The notes beneath the pieces are model-generated. The model was not told the DNA's origin and did not search any database. It was given only the letters and a program-made list of their open reading frames with translations. A DNA stretch of 64,000 bases from contig OY969420.1 of assembly GCA_963699195.1 (NCBI GenBank), positions 29,419-93,418 on the forward strand, in the 5' to 3' direction. Below are positions 1 through 18,022 of the stretch, piece after piece (within the stretch, counting starts at the first letter, position 1; each line of letters starts with the position of its first letter). The stretch is from an uncultured bacterium (GTDB taxonomy: Bacteria; Patescibacteriota; Saccharimonadia; Saccharimonadales; DATKHC01). Both the position numbers and the translations under genes were made by a program.

Positions 1-560
1 AATTTTAAGTGGAGATATCAAGACAGGTGTAAGTTTAATGTTAATTACATGCCGGCATGGACGAAGGTCCACTTTATTGCATCAAGCAGACTTAGAAATT
101 ATCAGACATGATACAACTCAAAGAGTTAACTAGATAACATTAATACAACTTCAGTGATGACATGCTTAATTGAAAACACTTCCAGATATGTACAGTGGAT
201 AGACTCCATACCACCCTACAACCATGACGATACGAACCAACATATTCTAGGAAATTAACTAAACAAGATGGAATAATTGATTGGCAAAAATCAGCTGAAC
301 AAATTGAAAGAGAAATAAGGGCATATATCGAATGGCCAAAGAGTTATCACAAAGTAAAAGACAAAGACATAATCAATAACCAAAGCTCATGTGATAGATC
401 AATAAATGGCACACCAGGTGACTTCGTATATAGATAGAGACAATCAAATTACTTTTACTGCGGAAAAAGACGCTCTAATCAGTAGACAAACTAAAACCAT
501 GCAGGTAAAAATGAAATGGATATAAAGTCTTTTCTTACTAGGTTATCGCTAATTACTAGA
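1..560 (+). CDS. fmt: methionyl-tRNA formyltransferase, C-terminal part (5' end outside the window; frame broken by indels)
   Basis: nt ~249-350 translate to RKLTKQDGIIDWQKSAEQIEREIRAYIEWPKSYH, which is the Fmt C-terminal domain signature. No intact ORF covers the region. Confidence 0.55.
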
Positions 561-684
561 ACATTTGGCGGGTGCTGAGTTGGGTCTGGTGGAGGTGGCA
601 GCTTGCGGTTGAGTAGCTTGTGGCGGACTGCTTGGTTTGCCTTGTGTTAATCGAAGCAATATTTGAGGTGCAACTGCTTTAATT

Positions 685-921
685 TCAGTTTTTAAGTTTT
701 TCGAGTTCGTCAGCTACAACTTGTTTATAGTTTGGGAAATTAGTTTCTAGCCATTTAAGTGCACCGGCTTCATCATTTTTATCAATGTAGCTTTCAAACT
801 CAGTTAATTGTTCTTCTGTCATTTGGTTTGCCAATCTAGTACCTACTCTCATCTCAAGAGTTTCATAGATATGATTGAACATTTTAGTCTTCTCTTCAGG
901 AGGTAAATCTATTAAGTCCAA
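685..921 (-). CDS. small helical protein of unknown function (resembles the CPR DUF5663-type family)
   Basis: 78-aa track ORF. Shifted frames continue upstream (MFKLDDELLKELG..) and downstream (Pro/Gln-rich tail), so the gene probably spans ~543-955 once two frameshifts are repaired. Confidence 0.45.
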   Translation of the reverse strand: MDLIDLPPEEKTKMFNHIYETLEMRVGTRLANQMTEEQLTEFESYIDKNDEAGALKWLETNFPNYKQVVADELEKLKN

Positions 922-1014
922 GTTCTTTTAGTAATTCGTCATCTAGTTTAAACATATTTATTAGCCTATATTTACTATACTCTAATAATACCAAAAAATT
1001 TTGAATTATGTTAT

Positions 1015-2793
1015 CTATAATTTTCCTGTCTATCGATTCTCTAGTATAAACTTCTATCCTGTCGTCAATCTGAAGATCAACTTTAGTTGAAGTCTTCAAA
1101 CTCATGCCACACATCTCACCTTCAAGAACTTCTTTAACATCTTGTGGGCCTCGCTTTAGATTAGTAACTTCAACTTCTGCTATTACTTCTTTATCTCTCT
1201 TTAACTCTACCAAGAGCAGGTATAACTAGTTTACCTTTTGTTACTTCACCCCCACAAATAACAGCAGTCTTTAGTCATCTTAAATATACCCTTAACAATC
1301 AGTGTTCCCATTTCTTTTTCAACTATTTCTGGCTCTAATAGTTTACTCAATTCTTCTTTGGCATCATCAATAATTCATAGATAACTTTAAATATTCTAAC
1401 CTTTACTCTCGAGCTCGATTAGCTAATTGTTGAATGTTTTTTGGCATCGTCAACATTAAATCCATAAATTATTGCATTCACCACTTTGAGCTAGATGAAT
1501 ATCATTTTCATTGATTAACCCTACACTTGATCCAATTATTCTGAACAGCTACTTCATCAGTATTTAATGGTCTTTAAACTATCCAGAACAGATATTAGTG
1601 AACCTTGTACATCAGCTTTAATAATAATATTAAGTTCATTAATCTTGTTATTATGGCTAATAATTCTTAGCAGCTCAGTACTGTTCATATCAAGCTTACC
1701 TTGATTTTGCTGACGTTAGTTTCTGTTGCAGTAGCATCGTTTCTAGCGATTTTTTCATCTTTAACTACATTAAACTCATCCCCAAAGCTTGGTAAGTTCT
1801 TAAAACCAGAAATAATTACAGGAGTGGATGCAGTAGCTTCATTAATAGCTTTCCGTCAGTATCTTGCAGATTTCTAATTCTGAGCATAGGTAGATCCAGC
1901 CACTATAAAATCGCCGGCTTTCAAGATTCCACCTTCGACTAATACCTCAGCTACTGCGCCTCTACCCTTCTCCATATGAGCTCTCAATAACTAGTCCAAA
2001 TGCTGGGACGTCTGAGTAAGCTTCTAGTTCCTCTACATCGGCGATTAAAAAATCATGTCCAGTAAGCTGATCAATTCCAGTCTTAGCCTTGGCAGATACC
2101 TCTACGGCAACAACATCACCACCCCAGCCTTCAAGTCATACATCATTTTCGGCAAGTTGCTGTTTGACTAGGTTTGGATTAGCATGTAGCTTTATCAATC
2201 TTGTTAATTGCCACAATGATCTTAACGCCTGCTTTCTTAGCAAATCTAATTGCTTCAATCGTTTGAGGCTTAACACCATCATCCGCTGCAACTACAATAA
2301 TAACTAGATCAGTAAGTTGAGCGCCATGTTCCCGTAATAGCTGCAAAAGCTTCATGTCCCGGTGTATCTAAGAAGAGTAATCAATCTATCATTATGTTCA
2401 ACTTGATAAGCGGAAATATGCTGAGTAATACCACCAGCTTCACCCTTAACCACATTTGCTCCTCTAATTGCATCCAATAAGACTAGTTTTACCATGATCA
2501 ACATGACCCATCACAGCTACGACTGGTGGCTTGGTACTGTTTTATGACCATCAATTTTGGTCTTATTCTTTCGGCTCAAAACCAGATTTTCAAGCTCATG
2601 CTTCTCAAGCTCAATATCAAGACCTAGCTCTTGTACTATAATTTGAGCAGTTTCAAAATCAATTCGTTCATTAACAGTTACCATGACGCCCATCTTCATA
2701 AGCTCAGTTATTAGTTTAGTAACTGGCAAGAGTCAACTTGTCAGCTAGATCACCGACTGTGATTGTATCTTCGAGTTCAATAGTACTTGCCAT
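1015..2793 (-). CDS. infB: translation initiation factor IF-2 (short form), frame interrupted many times
   Basis: The start is preceded by the SD GGAGGGAG. The fragments read [20 protein letters not shown] / [36 protein letters not shown], and the C-terminal fragment reads [27 protein letters not shown]. Confidence 0.8.
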
Positions 2794-2837
2794 CTTTAAC
2801 TCCCTCCTGGACAATGCCTTAAATTAATTTGACTTTG

Positions 2838-3915
2838 TTATTTCTTCTTAGCGTCTTTTAGGCTTAAGGCAATTTTGCGACCTTCAACGTCAATATCAAT
2901 AACCTTAAATTTCTTTTTTTCGTTTAGTTGAAAGATTTTTTCCGGGTCAACACTGTCATCATCACTCATTTCTGATACATGTACTAGAGCTTCAACTGAT
3001 GGACTAAGTTGTACGAATGCACCAAATGGAGTAATTCTAGTAACTTTTCCGTCCACTACATCACCCTTTTTGAATGACTTAACTTCTTGTAGCCATGGAT
3101 CTTCAGACATTTGCTTAAGACTTAGGCTTAATCTATCTTTATCGATAGCAATGATCTTTGCTTTTACGTTTTGCCCAACTTTTATGTAGTTTCTGGGTCT
3201 TCAACTCTTTCCCAAGAAATTTCTGAAATATGAATTAATCCTTCAATTCCATTAACATTAACGAAAGCTCCGAAATCAATAACTCCTGTAACTACACCTT
3301 CAACTTCATCGCCAACTTTAAGTTTTGCAGAATCGTTCCTGCATGCTATCTTTGATAGCTTCTTTTTCAGAGAAGATTAAGTTTATTATCTTTTCGACTT
3401 AGATCAATAATTCGAACTGTTAGAGGTTTGTTATTAAGTTGATTTAACTTCTGTAAGAATCTCATCTTTATCTGCACCAAGTACTCTAGGGTAATGTCCT
3501 GGAGCCAGTTGAGATACTGGTAAGAATCCACGGATTCCTTCTAGTTCAACAAGTAAACCACCTCTATTTGCATCATAGGATTGAATTTCTATAATTTCTT
3601 GATTATCGAATACTCTTTGTAATTCATCCCATCCCCGATCTTTTTCTGCTCGTTTCATACTTAGTAGCGCAAAGCCATCATCCATTTCTGGATCTACTAC
3701 GCTAGTAGATATTTCCTGACCCACACTTAATGGTGCTCCGCCTTGCATTTCCCGATGTAATACTACACCAATTCCATTTGCACCTAAGATCTACCCAGAT
3801 TTCGTGTTTTTTGACGGATATGAACTGTTCCGTCTACCATATCTCCGGATTTTAATTGTTTAAAGTCGGTCGACTCTAATAAGTCGTCCATACTGACTGT
3901 TGCTGTTTTTGACAT
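2838..3915 (-). CDS. rpsA: 30S ribosomal protein S1 (multi-S1-domain), frameshifted
   Basis: Track ORFs 2838..3110 and 3434..3748 carry S1 OB-fold repeats (GDVVDGKVTRITPFGAFVQL; GGLLVELEGIRGFLPVSQL). The ATG at 3915 is preceded by AGGAGG. Confidence 0.75.
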
Positions 3916-4055
3916 GACTTCATGCCTCCTTCAAATGTGTCCACTAAAGTCTAAGATAAAACAGATTTTGGTAAGTTCTGCTTAAACTTTTTAGGTTATT
4001 TATATTATATCTGTTAAGCCCTAATTCGTCAAAGATTAAAGCAGATTAACAATTT

Positions 4056-4890
4056 ATGATAAACTTTGGATATATGTTTGGGGCAATTGATATAGGGGGT
4101 ACAAAAACCTTACTAGCGACTTTTAGTAGAGAGGGTAAATTACTAAAAAATATTAGATTCGAGACCCCAAAAACTATGAAGATTATTCAAAGAAGAACTC
4201 GCAAAACAGTCAAACAATATAGATATTTCAGTAAGTTAAAAGTTGTAATTGGACTAGCTGTACCCGGGCTAATTAATCGACGCTAATAAGGAGATTGGCT
4301 ATAGCTTTTGCCAATTTAGCCTTGGGAAAACGTGCCAATTCAAGAAAGATGTAGAAAAATATTCAATGTGCCAGTCTTAGTTGAAAATGATGCAAAATTA
4401 GCAGCACTTTCAGAAGCGTTGAGCTTGGAAATCAATACAGAAAAGTATTATAGTAACTGTAAGTACTGGCATCGGCGCAGGCATAATTATTAATGGTAAG
4501 ATTGATCCAGATTTTGACGACATCGAAGTTGGTCAAATGTTATTTGAACATGATGGCGAGATGCAGAGATGGGAGAAGTTTGCATCGGGTAAGGCTATCG
4601 TGGCAAATTTGGTAAACATGCTAGTGAAATAGAAGATCCAGAAACTTGGTAAATTATATCTAAGAATATTGCCATAGGAGTAATTGATCTAATTGCTTCA
4701 CTTACTCCAGATGCAATAGTTATTGGTGGAGGAGTTGGTAGTCATTTTGAAAAATTTAGTGACAGATTTAAAAAGATCTTAGCAACTATAAAGATGAATT
4801 ACTTAACAATTCCACCCCTAGTTCAAAGCAAAGAGAGCAGAAGAAGCTGTAATTTATGGTGGTTACGATCTAGGAAAAGCGAACCATGAG
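4056..4890 (+). CDS. ROK-family sugar kinase (glucokinase-like), frameshifted
   Basis: The N-terminus FGAIDIGGTKTLLA is the ROK/ASKHA ATP-binding motif. Downstream frames continue ROK-like sequence to ~4890. Confidence 0.6.
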
Positions 4891-4901
4891 CACTCAGATC
4901 A

Positions 4902-5393
4902 TTGAGGATCTGGCTAAATATGTACCTGAGGTTAAGATTCGAGTCTGGTAAGTCATTTTATTGGTCGCCGGAGACCATGACAATAACCTATAATGAAAAG
5001 CTAGTTGATAATAAGACGGGTAAATGGTCCCTACTTCACGAAGCAGCGCACGCAAAACTCAATCATCTCAACTATAGTTCTGATTTGGGACTTTTGAAGC
5101 TTGAGGTAGCAGCTTGGGACAAAGCAAAAGAAATGGCTAGTTCATTTGGTCTGGAGATAGACGAAAATCATATACAGGATTGTTTGGATACTTACAGAGA
5201 CTGGTTGCATCGTAGAAGTACATGTCCAAAATGTGGGATTATATGTCTTCAATATTCACCTTCAACCTATACGTGTCATAATTGCCATACCAAATGGTCT
5301 GTTTCGGCTTCAAGATTCTGTAGACCATACCGTTTGAAGCTAGAAAATGGCAAAGAAAAAAGGTCGCAATCAACGATTGCAACCTTTTCCTAA
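4902..5393 (+). CDS. HExxH metallopeptidase-like protein with C-terminal zinc ribbon
   Basis: Contains the HEAAH motif (LLHEAAHAKLNH) and CPKCG..CHNCH cysteine pairs. An ATG at ~4886 in another frame may be the true start. Confidence 0.5.
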   Translation: MRIWLNMYLRLRFESGKSFYWSPETMTITYNEKLVDNKTGKWSLLHEAAHAKLNHLNYSSDLGLLKLEVAAWDKAKEMASSFGLEIDENHIQDCLDTYRDWLHRRSTCPKCGIICLQYSPSTYTCHNCHTKWSVSASRFCRPYRLKLENGKEKRSQSTIATFS

Positions 5394-5414
5394 GGCTAAC
5401 TGACTTAAGATATA

Positions 5415-5612
5415 TTAAGCAGTTTTCTTAGTGCGACGAGAAATTCGTCCACCTTTAGCGCCAGCCTGACGAGCTAAGTCACGATTTGCAAAGAAACCAC
5501 CAGTGTGTCCCTTTTTACCGCCCATAGCACCGATCTTTGCATAAAAATCAGCACCGTACTTAGTTTTGTTAGTACTTGCAGCAGCTTTACCACCAGCTTT
5601 AGTTCCAGCCAT
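5415..5612 (-). CDS. KGG-repeat general stress protein
   Basis: The 65-aa ORF is Gly/Lys-rich with repeated KGG/GGKKG motifs (GGKAAA, GGKKGHTGG, AKGG). Confidence 0.7.
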   Translation of the reverse strand: MAGTKAGGKAAASTNKTKYGADFYAKIGAMGGKKGHTGGFFANRDLARQAGAKGGRISRRTKKTA

Positions 5613-5649
5613 GTAATGACCTCCCTTAGTTAATTAACCTTTCGTGACA

Positions 5650-5684
5650 GAAATAAACAAAGGGCTTCAAAAAAATTGAAACCC
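5650..5684 (-). terminator. intrinsic terminator after the hydrolase gene
   Basis: Hairpin GGGTTTCAA/TTGAAGCCC followed by a T-rich tract on the minus strand. Confidence 0.5.
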
Positions 5685-5749
5685 TCATTCACTTCTCGAA
5701 ATTAGTTATAATAGTAGCACTATATTGTGCTCATGTCAATAATAGAGTA

Positions 5750-6766
5750 CTATTTTGTGTTTTGGGCAATAATTGCAGCGTGAAGAAATGGGTCATTAAC
5801 CATATTGTGCTTCTGGCCAGATATAGCTGTAGCAGTAACTCTATCTGGGCCATAACTAGTTATTAGTCTATCTGTTGCTTCTACCATTAACTGATTAATA
5901 GCTAACTCGCTCAGAGTTCCCCACACATCGTGAAGTCGCATGTATTCCTCATTTCGTAATGCTCTATTTGCAGAAACTTCATGCTTACCATGGGTTAGGG
6001 CTATAGCAGCCGCTACATTTGTAGGCCTAACTAGTCCTAAACCATATCCTGCCAACCAAAAAGATTTCCTGCCGGCATGTTTTCGAGCTTGGTTAAAAGC
6101 AGGACTATTTGCCGCTTTTACATATGCTTTTAGGGGCCCACCGGTTTTAGCAAAGCTCAGTGCCAAATCTGGCAAAGATCTGTTTAAAGGATCTGGTGCA
6201 TCTATAGCAACTACGTCAGTAACAAATTGATCGTAGTTACTGGCGTACTCTGAGGCTGTTAATGAAAGTGGTACACCATATGAATGCCCAACGTGAGCAA
6301 CCTGTTCTACACCCTGACGCTTTAAATACTGCAGGCCAGGTTCTATAACTGGTCGATAATAACCCGACCTGACAGTTTCTCTATCTTCTTTTGATAACTT
6401 ACCGAGTCCCCTGCCTGGGCCACCAATATTTCCAAATGCAACAATTCTTGTTTCGGGCTTTACCATAGCTACAACGAATAAACTACTTCTTAGTCCTGCG
6501 TCTAGGCCATTTCCCATTGAGGAGTGATACACCAAAGTATCTGCGCCATCCGGATTAATATCTAGGACCTCTACTGGTAAACCTGATGTTGGCATAAATA
6601 CCTGGTTACCTGGGAGCTGTGAGTCAATATCTCTCCAGTCCGTAATACTTCTATGGTATTCAGCGGCTTCACTTACTCTTTCTAGTACATCCTGATCAAA
6701 TGGGTGATATGCTGCAAGCCTATCGGCTTCAGCCTGTGGAGTAGATTCAGGATGTTTTGTCATCAT
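5750..6766 (-). CDS. alpha/beta-hydrolase-fold protein
   Basis: Intact 338-aa ORF with a GxSxG nucleophile elbow (HVGHSYGV). Confidence 0.55.
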   Translation of the reverse strand: MMTKHPESTPQAEADRLAAYHPFDQDVLERVSEAAEYHRSITDWRDIDSQLPGNQVFMPTSGLPVEVLDINPDGADTLVYHSSMGNGLDAGLRSSLFVVAMVKPETRIVAFGNIGGPGRGLGKLSKEDRETVRSGYYRPVIEPGLQYLKRQGVEQVAHVGHSYGVPLSLTASEYASNYDQFVTDVVAIDAPDPLNRSLPDLALSFAKTGGPLKAYVKAANSPAFNQARKHAGRKSFWLAGYGLGLVRPTNVAAAIALTHGKHEVSANRALRNEEYMRLHDVWGTLSELAINQLMVEATDRLITSYGPDRVTATAISGQKHNMVNDPFLHAAIIAQNTK

Positions 6767-6821
6767 ATTATATTACCATATTTATAGATTTTGTCAATCT
6801 GTTTGTGCTTAGTTTTTCCTC

Positions 6822-6858
6822 TTAAAAAGATAAAACCCCTCCTGTCCGGAAGGGTTTT
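6822..6858 (-). terminator. intrinsic terminator of the rRNA operon
   Basis: Stem AAAACCC..GGGTTTT directly 3' of 5S, followed by a T-run on the minus strand. Confidence 0.55.
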
Positions 6859-6865
6859 ATATAAT

Positions 6866-6980
6866 TTGGCACCGTGCTATTTTCCCAGGGGTGAACCCCA
6901 AGTATTGTAACCGCTGCAAGGCTTAACTTCTGTGTTCGGTATGGGAACAGGTGTCTCCCTCGCGCCATGGGCACCAACCA
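6866..6980 (-). rRNA. rrf: 5S rRNA
   Basis: The reverse complement reads TTGGTGCCCATGGCGCGAGGGAGACACCTGTTCCCATACCGAACACAGAAGTTAAGCC.., the canonical 5S core. Confidence 0.85.
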
Positions 6981-7136
6981 AGTCAGATAAATATTTATCT
7001 AGACTGGTTGATGTCTATAACCAAATAAGTAAATTTAAGACAAACGGGACTTGGTTTAATCCAAGCACCAACAGCTAGTCAACTGCAACCTTCTCGCAAG
7101 AAGAAATATAAATACTTCAACTGCGAGAAGTCATAA

Positions 7137-10487
<3,351 letters not shown>

Positions 10488-11280
10488 TTTACGTTTTATG
10501 CAATTGACTAGCTATTGGTACTACCAATAGTCTATAATTTAATTTGCCGTTTGTCTTATTTACTCATTAACATAAATTGTTAAGTTACAAAACTCAAGAC
10601 ATTCCCACACTTATAATATAATTCTGTCTTGGTTGAAAACTTGAGTTTACGTTTAAAGTTTCATTTCATTAAATATCTAACCTCTGTGCTTAAACTCAAG
10701 TAGCCTATAGAAGTCTATCAACTTTAACAGAGGTTGTAAAGCATAAAATGATGCTAAAATTACTTACGTAATTTCACCCAGTTAATTATTGCTCGTTAAA
10801 ATTAATGACCTTACTTCAAGACTAGACTTAGTTCCTGCATAATTATCTCGAAGCTATCTAGTTGGTCATAAGTAGATTGAGTCGTCATCTGTATTAACTT
10901 TCTGATGTAGTATCAAATCGGTTACATCAGTGAGACCCATCTAAGTATGATCCCAAAGTGTATATCTATGACTGACGTAATCTATAGCTAAATCGCTAGT
11001 CCCAAACTACTTGTGTCTAGATATTCAGCTATAGCTGACTCTTCATATCATGAGTCATTTCGATAACACTTTCGGATCATAGACGTAATTATCTTCTACC
11101 GGTACATTCCATCCATGAGTGGCCGTGAGTACTATCATTTCAAAAATTGCATCCAGTGGTCATAAGCATGCCTTCCTCGAATGCTGTCACGCCAATCAGT
11201 CAAATTATCAATACTCCTATCCCAGTGTATCCATTCATAGTCTCCATGAATGTTCCTGTATAGACTATTATAATATGTTA

Positions 11281-11357
11281 TGGTGGAGACGCGGGGATTC
11301 GAACCCCGGACCCCCTGCTTGCAAAGCAGGTGCTCTAACCAACTGAGCTACGTCCCC
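11281..11357 (-). tRNA. tRNA-Ala(UGC)
   Basis: Manual cloverleaf: GGGGACG acceptor stem, anticodon loop TTTGCAA, TTCGAAT T-loop, encoded CCA. Confidence 0.95.
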
Positions 11358-11369
11358 AAATTAATATAA

Positions 11370-11446
11370 TGGTGGGCTTGCCAGGACTTGAACCTGGGAC
11401 CTCGTCATTATCAGTGACGCGCTCTAACCAGCTGAGCTACAAGCCC
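11370..11446 (-). tRNA. tRNA-Ile(GAU)
   Basis: Manual cloverleaf: GGGCTTG acceptor stem, anticodon loop CTGATAA, encoded CCA. Confidence 0.95.
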
Positions 11447-11693
11447 GATAATCTAAAATGGATCAATCGGTATTGTACCTATAAGTTAGCTGCTAAAGTG
11501 CAACTTCACTAATAAAAAAGACGCCTGTTAAGCGTCCTTTGCTTTAAAAATCTATATAGCGCAATCAACGTCAGCTATCTTATCAAAAAAACTTTATCTG
11601 CCACATAAATGTGGTAGCGATAACTGTTAAGCTTAATACCAGTTATCCAGATCGACCATAGCTCTCGATTGCTCGAGGCTTGGTATTCTCCCT

Positions 11694-13165
<1,472 letters not shown>

Positions 13166-13265
13166 AAAAAAAGAAAACTGACGTTGATTTGCACTACATA
13201 AATTTTTAAAGTCCAAACCGATCTCAGAGACACTTCAAATAGAGCCCCCAAAAGACTTCGATAAT

Positions 13266-13296
13266 ATCGTACAGCGTACTAGCCTCTTAAAGTCAA
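13266..13296 (-). promoter_or_regulatory. possible rRNA operon promoter
   Basis: TTGACT-19 nt-TACGAT about 100 nt upstream of the 16S 5' end. The spacing is non-ideal. Confidence 0.3.
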
Positions 13297-13321
13297 GAAC
13301 TTTACGCTATAAGTGTTTTCT

Positions 13322-15834
13322 AACAACGCTTTTGGTTATTTTTCTCTGTTGGAATCGTCTTCTTCAGTCTCTATGTTCGATAGTATTTTTCGACTACTGC
13401 CATTGACGTAACATTGTCACCATCGTTAAGTCGCATTATTCTAACACCTTGAGTAGCTCGACTCATTTCAGGAATTTCTTTAAGTCCAAGTCTAATAGTT
13501 TGACCCTGACTAGAGATAACAATAACTTCTTGTAGATCATCATCTCTTTAAGGTAGCTACGCCAACTAAGTTGACCGGTCTTGTGATTAACAACTGCTGA
13601 CCTTATACCAACACCACCTCTAGCATGCGCAGTAAATTGAGCAACTTTAGTTCGCTTACCATATCCCTTTTCACTAATCACAAATATATAAGAGTTTTCT
13701 TCAACTATATCCATACCTATTACTTGGTCGCCAGCTCGTAAGTCTAATGCCTCTAACACCTCTTGATACTCTTCCCATTGGTCTAGCATCCTTTTCATGG
13801 AACCTAATGGCCTGTCCGTTAGCAGTTGATATTAAGTATTTCGTTTTTACCATTAGTCATTGAAACCCATTTAAGTTCATCACCTTCATCAAGATTAATT
13901 GCATCAAGTCCAGTCTGTCTTACGTTCTGGTATTGGCTAAACGGTGTCTTCTTAACTACTCCCCTAACTGTACACATCATTAAGTGGCCGTCATTATCAT
14001 GTTGTCTTACTGATATTTACAACGTAGCTAACTTTTTCTTCTGGTTGAAGCTGTAATAAGATTAACTAATGCGATACCTTTAGCATTAAGATTTGTAGCT
14101 GGAATTTCATAAGTTTTAAGTCTAAATACTCGTCCTTTATTAGTGAAGAATAGCAAGAAATCGTGAGTACTAGCATAAACTACTCGATCAATTACATCTT
14201 CTTCCCGGGTAACCATTCCTCGTCGACCTTTACCACCTCGTCCTTGTCTTCTTGTAATCAGCGATTGGACTGCGTTTTATGTAGTTTGCAAGTGTAAGCG
14301 TTACAACAACTTGTTCATCAGGAACTAGATCTTCGTCATTCATTTTGCCTAGTTCTTGTGGGATAATTACAGTTCGTCGTTCGTCGCCATATTTTTCTTT
14401 AAGTTCTAGCATTTCATCCCGAATGATCTTCAAAATCTTCTTCTCATCAGCTAAAATGCCTTCTAAGTTTAGCAATTAACTTCATAAGTTCAGCTAGTTC
14501 ATCTTCAATTTTTTTACGCTCAAGCCCAGCTAGTCGTCGAAGCTGCATTTCAAGGATTGCTTTTGCTTGAATTTCACTTAACTTAAATTTCTTAATTAGG
14601 TTTTCTTGAGCTTCTTCAGTAGTCTCACTGGCTCTAATAACTGCAATAACTTCATCAATATGATCAAGTGCAATCTTTAACCCTCTAAAATATGAGCTCG
14701 TTCTTTGGCTTTTCTAAGTTCAAATTCAGTTCGTCGTCTAACCACTGACTTGTCGGTGTTTAATATGCTCTATAATAATATCCTGAAGCCCAAGTACTCT
14801 TGGCTGAATACCATCAATAAGAGCTAGCATGTTGTAATGGAAAGTGCTTTGTAAAGGAGTTAATTTAAATAGTTGGTTCAGTAACTTCTTAGGATAAGCG
14901 TCTTTCTTAAGATCGATTACAATTTTAACTTCACCGCGAGAACTTTCGTCCCGAATATCACTAAGCCCAGCTGATTTTCTTATCTTTATATAAGATCAGC
15001 TATTTTCTCAATTAAACTAGCTTTGTTAAGGCCATATGGAATTTCAGTAATAATTATCTGACTTTTACCCTTATCATTTTCAACTATCTCAGCAACACCT
15101 CTAACTACTACACCGCCACGACCAGTTGCATAAGCAGTTCGTAAGTGAATCTTTACCGTAAACAACTCCACCAGTTGGGAAATCTGGACCCTTTAAGATG
15201 CTCAAGTAAATCATCTAAAGTTGCGTCTAGGATTATCAATCTGATGAACTGTTGCATCAACTAATTCACTTAAGTTATGTGGTGGCATATTAGTAGCCAT
15301 ACCAACTGCAATACCAAGTTGTCCATTAAGTAGTAAGTTAGGTAGTTTTGCTGGTAGAACTGCTGGTTCTTTTCGCTCACCATCATAAGTATCAATGAAA
15401 TCTACAGTTTCTTTATCGATATCTACTAATAGCTCTTCAGCTGCTTCGCATCATCTTGAGCTTCGGTATAACGTTCAGCAGCTGGAGGATCTCCATCCAT
15501 TGAACCAAAGTTACCTTGTCCATCAACAAGCATGTATCGCATTGACCAAGGCTGAGCTAGTCTTACCATGGCATCATAAATAGCTACGTTTCCGTGAGGG
15601 TGGTACCTAGCCATTACAGTACCAGTAACGTTAGCGCTTTTTCGATACTTTCCGTGGGTCTTAAGACCTTCTTCCATGCATTGTATACAAAATACGACGA
15701 TGGACCGGTTTAAGGCCGTCTCTGACGTCCGGAAGAGCCCTTGCAACAATCACACTCATTGAGTATGTTAAATAGCTAGTTTCCATAACATCTTCGATGC
15801 TACTTGGTTCAAGTAGTCTTGAATGAGTTTGCAT
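13322..15834 (-). CDS. gyrA: DNA gyrase subunit A, heavily frameshifted
   Basis: N-terminus [50 protein letters not shown], then [45 protein letters not shown]. At least 8 ORF fragments. The 3' end is approximate. Confidence 0.85.
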
Positions 15835-15867
15835 CAGGTGGCTATCTCAATCTCTTCTAGTTCGTTA

Positions 15868-17884
<2,017 letters not shown>

Positions 17885-18022
17885 TTAAAAACCCTCTCCG
17901 TGATTTTACATTTTTGAATTTACTTATATTATATATGATTTCTGATCTATAAACAAGCTCGTGAAGGAGGAAAATAACTAAGATTATCTACTTTTAATAG
18001 TCAGTTTATTTGATGGAAACCA

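Noticed and set aside
11119-11346. 75-aa ORF running into tRNA-Ala, and the 75-aa ORF 52951..53178 over tRNA-Asp
   Set aside because: Both overlap tRNA genes, the second antisense to the recombinase end. There is no independent support.
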